From NCBI GenBank assembly GCA_965237955.1, contig OZ250169.1, forward strand, positions 704,001 to 768,000: a stretch of 64,000 nt of DNA, written 5' to 3'. A program made the position numbers and the translations under genes. The stretch's first letter is position 1. Every line of letters begins with the position of its first letter. The notes beneath the pieces are model-generated. The model was not told where the DNA came from, made no database searches, and saw nothing but the letters and a program-made list of their open reading frames with translations. The DNA comes from Candidatus Marinacidobacterales bacterium (GTDB lineage: Bacteria > Acidobacteriota > Vicinamibacteria > Marinacidobacterales > SMYC01). Positions 10,181-24,600 of this stretch are shown in pieces.

Positions 10181-10407
10181 TGAACCGCCCCGGGTTTTCC
10201 GGAGACTGTTTTAGTTGAGTCTCGCCATCTCTGGCGAGCCTTCCTGCGACCGATAGTAGTTCATCTCGTACTCGACGGGGGCGACATTTCCGATCGGCTC
10301 CAAGAGTCGTTGGGTGTTGTACCAATGCACCCACTCGAGGGTGGCGAACTCGACGTCCTCAGGACCACGCCAGGGCGCGCGTCGACGGGTCACCTCGGTC
10401 TTGTAGA
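10181..10407 (-). pseudogene. IS3-family (IS51-group-like) 3' fragment with TIR
   Basis: LYKTEV...WYNTQRL and TGAACCGCCCCGG terminus. Confidence 0.85.
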
Positions 10408-12029
<1,622 letters not shown>

Positions 12030-12032
12030 AAG

Positions 12033-13347
<1,315 letters not shown>

Positions 13348-13630
13348 ATTAGAGACTACAACAACATCTGGCTCGACCTGCTCCTCGTCAAGCTGCACTC
13401 TAGGCCAGAACAGCAACTTGACGTTGCTCCAATCAACCTGTGACAGCTCGGGTGATCGGGCCGTTTCATTGAGTGCGACCACTCTCTCAAGGAAGCACGA
13501 CAGGAAGGGATCGCGTGGTAGGTAGTCGAGTGCGCCGAAGAAGTCGCCCGTCAGAATGTCCTCCACTCTGGCCCACCCAGGGTCGAGCTGGAACATCTTG
13601 GCTCGCAACTCCGCTTTAAGCACAGTAACA
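13348..13630 (-). pseudogene. PD-(D/E)XK nuclease-like N-terminal fragment
   Basis: EDILTGDFFGALDYLP...FWP...EPDVVV, truncated by IS3. Confidence 0.55.
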
Positions 13631-13689
13631 GAGTAGACCGTGCCCCATGAAGCGGTCAAAGTCGGGCATCACCGCGCCTCCCCCGCGCC

Positions 13690-14205
13690 GTTCCGTGGCC
13701 GGAAGGGAGACGGCCGGTCGGATGCGGCGCGCGCCAAGGTCCGGCAGTTCAAGGCCGACCCGGGGGCAAGCCCTCGCCCATCCCGCTCGAGAACTGCCCC
13801 TGGTGCGGGACGCGCTTCGGACCGGACTCCTTCGCGCTCATGCCCAATGACGACCATCCCCAAGAGCTCCGCATCGTCTGCACGAACTTCGAGTGCGACT
13901 TCACGCGCGCGCGAGCGCTTCCCATCGTCGCGGTGGACGAACCACTCTACCGGCCGCTCCCGGCGTTCCCGATTGCGACGGTGGACAAGTTCGCGTCGCT
14001 TCCGTGGGTCGGGCAGTGCGGCGCGCTCCTCGGCGGCGCTGGCCGCCATGACAAGTCGGGCTTCTATGGGGCTGCGGAGCCCCGCAAAGGCACGCGCTTC
14101 ACGGTACCGCTGCCTCCACCCGACCTCGTCATCCAGGACGAGTTGCATCTGATTTCCGGACCACTGGGGACGATGGCAGGGCTCTACGAGGCGGCGATCG
14201 AGGCC
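13690..14205 (+). pseudogene. drmA: Internal fragment of a DISARM helicase DrmA-like gene
   Basis: CPWCG, ATVDKFA and PPDLVIQDELHLISGPLGTMAGLYE motifs, frameshifted and truncated. Confidence 0.75.
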
Positions 14206-14390
14206 GTCGTGTCCAAAAACACGAACGAACTCAAGACCTGCATCAGCCGGAGCGTTTCGGATAGACGCGTCTAGGCTCTGCTCGCCGATCGCCTCTCACC
14301 AGCCCGGCGCCTGCAGAAAGTTTTTGCGGACTTCAACAACGCCTCTAGGATTCGAGCTTCTCGGCGACGTTCAAGTTTTTGGACACGACG
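14206..14390. mobile_element. Mini-element with CGTCGTGTCCAAAAA termini
   Basis: Inverted termini at 14206 and 14390. Confidence 0.75.
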
Positions 14391-14510
14391 GGATTGAAAC
14401 GTGACTGCGAGCTCGGCAGTAGACCGCCTCGCGGCAGTCTCCCCTCGCTTCGGCGGGGGGAGTGGATTGAAACGTCACATAAGGGGATTGCTGTACTAGC
14501 TGGACTACCG
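14391..14510 (+). CRISPR. CRISPR array remnant: partial repeat, 36-bp spacer, 37-bp repeat, 37-bp spacer
   Basis: Repeat GTCTCCCCTCGCTTCGGCGGGGGGAGTGGATTGAAAC (14437-14473) has a hairpin and an ATTGAAAC end. GGATTGAAAC also occurs at 14391-14400. Confidence 0.8.
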
Positions 14511-14780
14511 CGTCGTGTCCAAAAATGCGAACGGAGCCGAGATCTCGAATCCTGGAGGCGTTCTCGAAATTCGCGGAGACCAGGCGACGCGGTACTGGCT
14601 CTGCGATAGGTTGAGCCCGAGCAGAGCTTTCCCCCAGAGCATCCGTTCCGTCCAGCTTGCGCGCCCGAACTCCTATGACCGAGGATTTTAGCTTCCATTG
14701 GCGAACCAAGCCTAGGCACCTCTAATCCGAAACGTCCCGGCGCGCCGGTCTTGAGTTCGTTTGTGTTTTTGGACACGACG
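14511..14780. mobile_element. Mini-element with CGTCGTGTCCAAAAA termini
   Basis: Inverted termini; the right part matches 28575-28680. Confidence 0.75.
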
Positions 14781-15098
14781 AGACTTACTCGTTCTTATTA
14801 AACTCGAACGCTACGAAAAGGAATCCTACCGTTGCAATAGTCAGTACACCCATACCGTCGCCGTAGATCGCATAACAAACGCATGCGATCTAGACTACTT
14901 CAAGGACCGCATCAATCATGTCCACAAAACGTGATGGAACTCAAATTTGGTGACGGATGGAGCAGGCAATCTATTCAAGAGCTACGCCAGTTAGTACCTC
15001 GTTGTATCTCAGTAATTCGGCGCTGCGCTCCGTTCAGGAGACGCTTTCCCAAGGCAGCCGCGAGAGCGAGGCAAGAGTACGAAAACGGAGAGGGGGTT

Positions 15099-15908
15099 AT
15101 GAAGACACGCTGGCCGACGGGTAGCGATGCCAGACCTGATGTGCTTGAGCAGCTGCATAGCAGCCTAACGGTGGACCTGATCATGACCCCTCGCGCCCGC
15201 TTGCAGGTCTGCCGGCGCGGCGATACAGCGAGTGCAGTCATGGCCAGGAACATAGACAATTTCAGCTTCCTGCCCGTGGTGGACGAGGCCGGGCGCTTCC
15301 TAGGCCTCTATCAGGCGGAGCGATGGTTCGGCAAGGAAGTGCCGCAACAGTTGATCGGCGATGATTTCGAACCGTTCTCCGAAGAGCTCGTGATCGGTGC
15401 CGACGCGAGCATCGTTGACTTCGTGACGAAGGCTGATCAACGCCCGACGCGGCTCGTCGTCTCGGGTGTTGGGGTCGCCGGTCTAGTCAGCCTGTCGGAC
15501 CTACAACAGCTTCCGGTCCGCGCCGCGCTCTTTACCGTGATCACCTGCTTCGAAATGGCAATGGCTAAACGGATCGAGAAAGAATGGCATCGTGACGACC
15601 CCACTGGCTGGCTCCAACTGCTAAGCGACGAGCGCCAGGCGGGCATTTCGAAGGTGATCAGCAGGGCCAAGCAGGAAGACGGGTTCGTCAGCGAGATCGT
15701 CTTCACCCACTTGTCGGACAAGGCCACCATCATATGCAAGAAGGGGCTAGTTCCCGGAAGTGCCTCACAACTGGAATGCAATTTCGACGCGATCCGTAAG
15801 CTACGCAATGACATCGCCCATGCAAATTACTATGCCGAGACGCCTAAAGCGGCTCGTAACGTCTGTGCGGTGGTCAGGACAATTCTCCAGATCTTGGCCG
15901 ATTTGTGA
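15099..15908 (+). CDS. CBS-pair + HEPN-like protein
   Basis: RBS GAGGGGG. CBS motifs LIMTP...FLPVVD and GLVSLSDL; C-terminal RNDIAH (Rx4H). Confidence 0.75.
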   Translation: MKTRWPTGSDARPDVLEQLHSSLTVDLIMTPRARLQVCRRGDTASAVMARNIDNFSFLPVVDEAGRFLGLYQAERWFGKEVPQQLIGDDFEPFSEELVIGADASIVDFVTKADQRPTRLVVSGVGVAGLVSLSDLQQLPVRAALFTVITCFEMAMAKRIEKEWHRDDPTGWLQLLSDERQAGISKVISRAKQEDGFVSEIVFTHLSDKATIICKKGLVPGSASQLECNFDAIRKLRNDIAHANYYAETPKAARNVCAVVRTILQILADL

Positions 15909-15914
15909 GAATCC

Positions 15915-16454
15915 ATGAGTAAATCCCTCAAGGAACGCGTCTTCGAAACCGTGCTCAGTCGGTACGACCGTCGAGTTATGAACAATATTCACCGCGCCGA
16001 GTACGTCGAGTGCCTCGTGGCAAACCTCCTCGGGAACGCGTGGACCCTCCCCTGGACCGAAGGATGGGACTGGGCTCCGTGGGACCTTCGGCACGACTCC
16101 GGCAAGACCCTTGAGATCAAGCAGTCGGCGGCGCGTCAATCCTGGCACAGGGAGGAGAATGTTCGCGCAAAACCTCCGAGGTTCGACATTGCGCCGCGGA
16201 AGGGGTACTGGACGACCGAAAGCGACTGGGTCGACGAGCCGGGAAGAGCCGCCGACATCCACGTCTTCGCCTGGCATCCAGAGACCGACAAGAAGCTCGT
16301 CGACCAGCGGAATCAGGATCAGTGGACCTTCTACGTCTTGCGAACTAAGGAACTCCCGCCACAGCAGAAGAGCATCGGCCTTGCCGGCGTCGAAGCCCTC
16401 ACCCTCTTGGTCCGAGCCGAGTCACTCGCTGACGCTGTTCTGCGACTGACGTAG
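15915..16454 (+). CDS. PD-(D/E)XK restriction-endonuclease-like protein
   Basis: AEY...WDL...LEIKQSA motif spacing. Confidence 0.65.
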   Translation: MSKSLKERVFETVLSRYDRRVMNNIHRAEYVECLVANLLGNAWTLPWTEGWDWAPWDLRHDSGKTLEIKQSAARQSWHREENVRAKPPRFDIAPRKGYWTTESDWVDEPGRAADIHVFAWHPETDKKLVDQRNQDQWTFYVLRTKELPPQQKSIGLAGVEALTLLVRAESLADAVLRLT

Positions 16455-16504
16455 GCCGAGTTAAAGCGCACCGTCGCGGCGCCACCGCGAAACCGACCTG
16501 ACCC

Positions 16505-16620
16505 CGTCCTGTGCCAAAACTCGGCCCTTTTGAAATAGACCACAAATCAGCGGCTTAGACGCCCTTGGAATCCGCGCAGAATCGAGGGTATTTCACGCCG
16601 CAGGGCTGGCTTCCGACCCC
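16505..16620 (+). mobile_element. CGTCCTGTGCC terminus, extended variant
   Basis: Matches both tandem units at 62480-62707. Confidence 0.8.
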
Positions 16621-16659
16621 TGGGCTGCGGGTGGCGAGCGACAGGCCCACCGGGGGTGC

Positions 16660-17013
16660 GCACGGGCTAGGCCAGCTACGCCGCGGTAGCCCCGAGCTCG
16701 ATTCTGGGGCCTCCCGGATGGCTTCTTTTCCGACGCTGCACGGCCCTGTCAGCGGCCCGCTCCCCCCTTTGGCGCGAACGTGGCACTCGAAAATCGAGAT
16801 TAGAGACGAAAACCGGTGCTTCCGCAATCAAGTGTTGGTGGCCGCCGCGTAACCCGGTCTCGTGCTAGAGGTTGAGCCTGATTTCGAGAGACGCAGTTCT
16901 TTCGGCGATGCCGGCTGCGCTGACCACGTGGTGCCTGACATTCAGGGACATCTTCGTGTGCACGCCGACATCCTTATTTATGGCGTTCGCCGACACGGGC
17001 AGGCCAACTGACA
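16660..17013 (+). repeat. Repeat A joined to repeat B
   Basis: 16660-16815 matches the reverse complement of 50097-50250; 16815-17013 matches 980-1180. Confidence 0.8.
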
Positions 17014-17146
17014 CTAGTCCCCTGGATCTTTGATTACTATACAAAGTTAGGCTTTTCGCCAGCCCATAAGATTCATAAGATTCATGCACTTAGAAGGGTT
17101 TCGGCAAGCTATGCTTTATCTAGTTTGTTCTGATACAGGGGACTAG
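17014..17146 (+). mobile_element. CTAG-flanked MITE, copy 1
   Basis: 133 bp including both CTAG, ends CTAGTCCCCTGKATC; four copies in the window. Confidence 0.92.
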
Positions 17147-17205
17147 CGTACCAATCACTCTGAAGTTAACTTCTCGCTCGCGACGCGTGGGCTTATACTC
17201 GCCAC

Positions 17206-17553
17206 ATGGATATGTGGGATCAACAAGATGGTGAGAGTGCGAAGGCGTGGGCGGCGTTCATCGTCTATCGTAGTATGGGCCCGAGCCGTACGTTGCGGGC
17301 GGCTGCTGCGGCTGCTGCGGAGCTTTCACCTAGCCTGAACACTTGGAAGGGCTGGGCGAATCGTGGGGCTTGGCGTGCCCGGGCAGCGGCATGGGATGCG
17401 GCGTCGGACCGCCAGGGGATGGAGGACCACACGGTGGACGATCGACCGCAGCGGAAGCAGGACTGGGGCCAGGTGCTGGACCGAGCCCGCGCGGACTCGC
17501 GAACGCGCCCCAGTGTCAGCCGCTACCGAGTACGACGCGGCCTTCCGGAATGA
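17206..17553 (+). CDS. Phage terminase small-subunit-like protein
   Basis: WDQQDGESAKAWAAF..YRSMG..R...W..RAAAWD pattern. Confidence 0.5.
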   Translation: MDMWDQQDGESAKAWAAFIVYRSMGPSRTLRAAAAAAAELSPSLNTWKGWANRGAWRARAAAWDAASDRQGMEDHTVDDRPQRKQDWGQVLDRARADSRTRPSVSRYRVRRGLPE

Positions 17554-17953
17554 CGCGGGCGGCTACTTTCTGCCTGCCGACGCCAGCTCTCCTGCATTTG
17601 GTCGTAAACGTTCCCGCGCGGTTTCAAAGATAATCCGTTGTGTCCGAAACTTCCGCGCCAGATTATCCAAAGTCGATGGCCTCGATCTTCGTCACGTCCA
17701 GCTTGCCCTCGACGATTGGGGCACGCTTCGCGATCTTTATGGTCTATTTCAACAGGGCCGCGTTTTGGCACAGGACGGGAGCGGGTGCTGACCGGGCCGT
17801 GCGACGGCGGGAAGAGAGGCCGCCCCGAGAGGTCCAGAATCGAGGCCAGAGCTACCGCCGGAAGCTCTTTCCCCGTGATTTACTTTATGGTCTGCTTTCT
17901 TGCCTAGCTGCTCGGATCTGCTACCCTTCAATCACTCGGTAATACTCGCCTCC

Positions 17954-19879
17954 ATGAACAACGCTGACGACAAGCCCAAGGTTGGTCGGGATTGGATCGC
18001 CTTCGTTGTCGCGTGGATCCCCTACTCGTTGTTGACCTATAGATTCTGGCACAACGTCGATGACGCCTTCATCAGTTTCCGTTACGCAAAGAACTGGGCG
18101 ATGGGGTACGGACCTCGTTACAACCTGGGGCTGCAGCAACCGGAAGAAGGATACAGCAACTTCCTGTGGGTAGTCGTTTGTACGTTTATCGAGTACCTGG
18201 AACTCGACATTACTTTCTGGGCACCGATGCTCGGTTTCGTCTGTGGTTCTTTGCTCTTGTACCTTGTTTTTCGAACGCTCCGGCGAGATTTCGACATGGG
18301 GCTTGGTGTAGCTTTCTCCATAACGCTGGGCCTGGGCCTTTTCCCACCTTACGCTTTGTGGTCGACGGGTGGTCTGGGCACCATGGCGTTCGCCCTTTCC
18401 ATCTTTGCGACGGCCTACTTTCTTGTTCTGCGTCCGGCTGGCATCGCGCCTTACCGCGGTGCGCTCGCCGGCGTAGCCACGACATTGTTGCGTACCGAAG
18501 GCATTGCCTGGTCTTTGCTCATTGCCCTGCTGGGCATCGTCACCCGACGGCTGAGAGGGGAAGCGGTCTGGCGACCGGTGGCCGTCTATGTCGCGATCGT
18601 GGGCACTGCTTTTTCAGTCTATTTTGCATGGCGATACTCCTATTACCAGCTCCTTTTTCCCAATCCGGTCTACGCCAAGGTTGGTTTCAGTCCCGAGGTC
18701 GCACTGCGAGGCTTCCGATACGTGGCTGCCTTCGTTCTCACATTTGTGACACCGCTTCTATTGTTGCCGGCGGCTGGCTACGTGGCTTGGCGGGAAGCAC
18801 CGAAGCCGGTAGGGCTTGTCCTCGGAACCTTGAGCCTGGCATTTCCCGCCTACGCTGTGATGGTCGGCGGGGATTGGATGGCTATGGGACGGTTTCTAGT
18901 TCCCGGTTTCGCCTTCGGAGCACTCTTGATGGGATGGTTGATGACTAGGCTGTGGGAACACCTCTCATCCATGGTCGAGACGGCAACAGTAGCTAGGCTC
19001 GTCAAGCACCTTGTGTTCGTCGTGCTTGTCGGCTCCACAATCGCGGTCGGTCTGCTTCCCGCTTGGAATGTGCATCTCGTGCCCGACTCAGTGCGCCACG
19101 CCTTTCATTTTCGGTATGATTGGGAGTATAAGGCAACCGAGTTTGAGCTATGGAGAGAGTTTCGTTTTCGATCGGTGAACCAAGTGGACAAAGAAGTAGC
19201 TCTAGCACTCAGGACGCATCTAGAACCGGAAGACAGCATCGTTGCGGGCGCTATCGGGAGACTAGGTTACTACTCAGGTTTGGAAATCTATGATCGCGTT
19301 GGGCTAGTCCCCTGTATCAGAACAAATTAGATAAAGCAGAGCTTGCCGAAACCCTTCTAAGTGCATGAATCTTATGAATCTTATGGGCTGGCGAAAAGCC
19401 TAACTTTGTATAGTAATCAAAGATCCAGGGGACTAGTCGATCGTCGTGTCGCCCTGCTCCCACGCAATCCAAGTAAACTCCGCTCTCCGGGACATGACAG
19501 CCAGGTCGAGCGTGCCTCCCCAATCTTTCTAGAGGACGTGCCAACGGTTTTGGATTACCGACGAATAACGGGACCAGCACCGGACCAAAAGAACCCAGAG
19601 TATCCATTATCGCGGCGCATTCGATTGAGAACTGAGGGTTGGAGGCGATGGGGGCCGGTTCCGATCTGGCGACGCTATGCGCCTGAGATTCTACCGTTGA
19701 AGCCGTCGCCCGACGGTAGCCCTAACGTGCTTTTGATCTTTAAGTTGATTGAAGAAGCTCCGCATATCAGCACACTTCCCCCTCCCGAACGCGTCGCCAC
19801 GCGCAAGAAGCGCGCCAGAAGAGCGTGGAATGACTTTTACACTCGCTTGGATTCTGCTTTTGATCGACTGATTTTTTAG
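17954..19879 (+). pseudogene. Polytopic GT-C-like (arabinosyltransferase-like) membrane protein split by a MITE
   Basis: DDAFISFRYA..EGYSN motif. Removing the MITE rejoins IYDRVGLV|DRRVA...GH in frame. Confidence 0.8.
19304..19436 (-). mobile_element. CTAG-flanked MITE, copy 2
   Basis: Reverse complement of 17014-17146. Confidence 0.92.
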
Positions 19880-19899
19880 GAAAATCGACGATCTTCGGC

Positions 19900-21245
19900 T
19901 GTGCATCATCAATATCCGTCCGCTCCTGAAATCAAGGACTTACGCACCGTTCACGCCTCGGCCAACGAGCGCATCTCCCGCTTGAGATCCCGGTCTTGAG
20001 ACGGCAAACTCTGCCGCCATGCTCCGTGTCCTCATCTTCCTCGTCTCACTCGGCGCCCGTGCGATCCGGGCGATGTGTCGGCGCCGAGCCGACCTCGTGA
20101 TTGAAAACCTGGCCCTGCGGCAGCAAGTTACGGCGTTGAAGAAGGAGCGCCCCCGGCCACCGCTCGAGGACACGGACCGAGCATTCTGGGTTGCGCTCCG
20201 AAGCTCGTGGCCAGCGTGGGCGAGCCGGCTCGTTATCGTGAACGCCGACACGCTCGCCCGGTGGAATCGAGATCGGTTCCGCCGATACTGGGCTCGGATC
20301 TCCCGTCCGCGCTATCCAGGTCGACCTCGGATTGATGCCGAGATTCGTCGTCTCGTCCGCACGATGGCCCAAGACGGCTGGGGTGCACCTCGTATCCACG
20401 CTGAGCTGACGAAGCTCGGATTCGTTGTCAGCGAGATGACGGTGTCGCGATACATGCCGCACCGCCGAGCCGAACCCGACGAAGTGAAGCGATGGATTGC
20501 GTTCTTGCGGAACCACAAGGACGACATCGCCGCGATGGATCTGTTCGCCGTACCGACGGCGTCGCTACGGCTGCTGTACGGCTTCTTCGTCATCGAGCAC
20601 GGCCGTCGCCATATCTTGCACTTCAACGCGACGTACAACCCCACGTCAGCGTGGGTGATTCAACAACTGCGCGAGGCGTTCCCATACGACACGGCACCAC
20701 GATACTTGGTCTTTGACCGCGACGCGATTTTCAGCCCTGCAGTGGTGGAGTTCATCAGGGCCATGGGCACAAAGCCTGTTCGCATTTCTTATCGCAGCCC
20801 TTGGCAAAACGGTACCGCCGAACGCTGGATCGGAAACTGCCGCCGCGAGATGTTAGAGCATGTAGTTGTCCTCAGTGAGCGGCATCTCGTCCGGCTCATG
20901 CGCTTGTACATCAGCTACTACCACGAGGACCGTTGCCACTTGGGTCTCGACAAAGACACCCCGAACTCAAGACCCGTCACGCCCCGACCATCACCGACCG
21001 CAAAAGTCGTCGCGTTGCCGCGAGTGGGTGGGCTCCACCACCGCTACGAATGGCGCGACGCCGCCTGAGCCAGTTTAGTCGCTGCGCGTCGATTGCTGGG
21101 GTCCCTCGCGATTGCGTTGTCCAGCTCCGCGGCCCATTGATCGCGTGATCTCGGCAAGTGCCCGCGCGCGCCGACCCGGGTTTCTTCGTTCGTCGTAGGG
21201 CCACCAGCGGTACCATTCCCGCTGGATCAATAATGATGAAGGACA
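19900..21245 (+). mobile_element. 1,346-bp rve-integrase element, copy 2; CDS 20019-21068
   Basis: Near-identical to copy 1. Confidence 0.9.
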
Positions 21246-21489
21246 GGCCCGGTTTCCTCCTCCTGGGCCGGGGCGCGTCCCAGTTCACAAGCTTGCCGTC
21301 GGTGAGCGAGAGCCAGACGGTCAGGCTCCCGCGGTCGCGTAGACCCGCCTCATATTCACGCCAATTCCTCAAGCGATAGGCCTTCTTCGCATACTTCCGC
21401 TGAGTGCGTTTGAAAATGGTCATGGGGAACCTCGAATCCGCGAGTATAGGACAATTGTGGACCGAGATCGCGAGTTGTGCACCAAGGCA
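21246..21489 (-). pseudogene. 5' fragment of a second IS903-like element
   Basis: MTIFKRTQRK...NWREYEAGL, TIR TGCCTTGGTGCACAAC. Confidence 0.8.
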
Positions 21490-21611
21490 ACGAAATCCCA
21501 CCGCTCGTCTGAGGCTGCCGGCCCTGCGAGGGGTCGCATGAGAATGACTCATGGGCTGGCCTGGAAAAGGTCGTTTGCAGGTACCCGGCCCCGGGGTTAT
21601 CGTGCGCCACG

Positions 21612-24600
21612 ATGTTTCTCGACAGTCGACTCTGGCGGTTCACCGAAGGGCTGCGCTGGCGCATTGCCGGCGCCGTATGCGTGGGCCTGCTGGCCGCCCT
21701 GGTGGGCATCGGCCGGCTGGCTTTGCTCGGCTGGCTCCTGGCCCAGGTGTTCGCCGGGGCGCCAGCGGAGTCGCTGATCCTGCCGGTGGCGCTGGTGGCA
21801 GTGGTCATGGGGCTTCGGGGCGTCCTCGAGTATTGGCGCAACATGATCGCCCACCGCACAGCGGCGCGCGTGCAGCTCGCTTTGCGCGAGCGCCTGTTCG
21901 ACAAGATCGTCGAGCTGGGTCCCGCCCATTTCGGCTTCGAGCGCACCGGCGACGTGCTGCTTGCCATGGTCGACGGGGTCGAGCAACTCGAAACCTACTT
22001 CGGCCAGTACTTGCCGCAGCTATTCGTCGCGGCGCTGACGCCGGTGATCGTCTTTGCGCTGATTGCGACCCTGGATCTCCCCGTGGCCCTGGTGATGTTC
22101 GGCTTCGCCCTGGTCACGCTCATCGCGCCGTCGGTCTTCCAGAAGTGGGACAGCAGCAACAGCCTGCGGCGCCAGAAGGCCTATGCGGCGTTCGCGGCAG
22201 AGTTTCTGGACGCAATTCAGGGCTTCGCCACCCTCAAGGCCTTCGGCCAGAGTGCCGCCCGCGCGAGGCTCCTGGCCCACAAGGCGCACGAGCTTTTTCG
22301 TGCCACCATGTGGGTGCTCGCCACCAATTCGCTTTCCCGTGGCATCGTCGATACGGGCCTCGCCGTGGGGGCGGCAGCGACCCTCGGCTACGGTGCCTAC
22401 CGCGTGAGCGCTGGAAGCACGAGCCTGGAGGTGCTGCTCATCGTCCTCATGATGGGAATCGAAGTTTACAGACCCCAGCGCGATCTGCGCGCACTGCTGC
22501 ACCAGGGCATGGTCGGATTGTCCTCGGCCAAGGGAATATTCGCGGTGCTGGATGCAAAGCCCGCGATTACTCCGCGCGACGACATCGTGGCGGCGGAGGA
22601 AGCCCTGGTGCCCACGGTCAGCTTCGATCACGTGAGCTTCGCTTACCCGGGTGGGCGGCGACAGGCCCACCAGGATCTGAGCTTCCACCTGGCCGCCGGG
22701 GAGCGCGTAGGAGTCGTGGGCGCGAGTGGTTCCGGCAAGTCGAGCATCGTGCGTCTTCTATCGCGCTTCTACGACCCGCAGAAGGGCACCGTGCGCATCG
22801 GCGGGCGCGATTTGCGGAATCTTCACCCGCGCGACATTCATCGCAACATCGCTGTCGTCAATCAGGATAATTATCTGTTCCACGGCAGCGTCGAAGAAAA
22901 TCTGCGATTCGGCAGACCCGACGCGAGCCAGGAAGAGCTGGAAGCGGCTGCGCGCGCCGCCAACGCCCACGGCTTCATCAGTCAGCTCCCCCAGGGCTAT
23001 CGGACTATCGTCGGCGAGCGTGGCATTCGGTTGTCCGGCGGGCAACGCCAGCGCGTCGCCATCGCCAGGGCGTTGTTGCGCGACGCGCCGATACTCGTTC
23101 TCGACGAGGCGCTCTCCGCCGTGGATGCGGAGAACGAGGCGATCATCCAGGAGGCCCTGGATCGGCTCATGCAGGGCCGCACGACGCTCATCTTCGCCCA
23201 TCGCCTGTCGAGCGTCATCGGTGCCGACAGGCTGCTGGTACTGGAGCAGGGGCGGCTTGTGGAGACTGGCAGCCACGCGAGTCTCATGAAAGCGGGCGGT
23301 GTTTATCACTCGCTGATGGCGGCCCAGGCCGCAGAGAGCGCCCGTGCCTACACCACGCTCGCCCTCGGCAGGCCGGCCGAGGATCGCGCGCCCGCCGCAC
23401 AAAGTGTCGACGAGGCGGAGAATGCGCACCTGGAGCCGACGGACGCCATCCTGCGTGCCGAGGGCATGGGTTGGCTTGACGCGTTCCGCGAGCTGTTTCG
23501 TCACGTGCAGCCATGGAAGGGCAAGCTGACAGTGGTGTTCTTTTTCGGTGTTACTCGCGTATTTGCATTGATCGGCGTCGGCGTCGTGAGCGCGCTGGTG
23601 GTGGCCGCGGTCAAAAACGACGCACCCTTCGATCATTACCTGGTAGTTCTTGCCGTGATAGCCCCATTCGCGGGCATTCTTCACTGGACGGAGTCCTGGC
23701 TCGCCCATGACATGGCTTTTCGCATGCTGGCGGAAATGCGCATCGCCCTGTTCGAGAAGCTCGACAAGCTGGCGCCGGCCTACCTGCTGCGGCGCCGCAC
23801 TGGCGACCTGGTCGCGATGGCGACCCATGACGTGGAGCTGGTGGAATACTTTTTTGCGCACACGGTGGCGCCGGCGCTGGTTGCGGTCCTCGTTCCCGCG
23901 CTCGTATTCGCAACACTGTCGTACTTCGGTTGGCCGATGGCGATCGCGCTGCTGCCGTTTGTGTTCATCGTCGCCCTGAGCCCCTTTTTCATGCGCGCCC
24001 GCATCGATACCCTGGGTTCCCGGGCCCGGGAGGCGCTCGCGGATCTCAATGCCCATGTGGTGGACACCATCCAGGGTCTCAACGAGATCATCGCCTTCGA
24101 GTACGTCGCGCGGCGCAAGGCCGAGATGGTTGCGCGTACCAATCGCAACCTGAGCCTGCGCGTACCGTTCTTCAGAGATCTCACCGTCCAGATGGCACTG
24201 CTGGAAGTGGCCACCGGCCTCGGTGGTCTCGCCATCGTCGTCACCGGCGCCCGGCTGGTGGCGGCCGGAGAGCTCGCCGCGGGCACGCTGCCGCTGCTCA
24301 CGTTGCTCGCCATGGCGGCATTCCTGCCGGTTTCCGAAATCGCCCACATCGGCCGTCAACTGGCCGATACCCTTGGTGCGACCCGCAGGCTGTACGCCGT
24401 GCACAACGAAAAGGTCGCGGTCGCCGACGGGCTCGGTGTAGCGCTTCCCGTCGTGCGCGGAGGCGCCTCTCTGGATTTCTCAGACGTGGATTTCTCGTAC
24501 TTCTCCAACCGTCGTCTGGCGCTCGAGGACGCGAGCTTTTCCGCGCCGGCGGGCAGCACGGTGGCACTCGTGGGATCTTCCGGCGCCGGTAAAACCACCG

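Noticed and set aside
22758-24404. Long antisense ORFs (also 30957-31886, 32884-33882, 52125-53174)
   Set aside because: Shadow ORFs opposite well-supported GC-rich genes.
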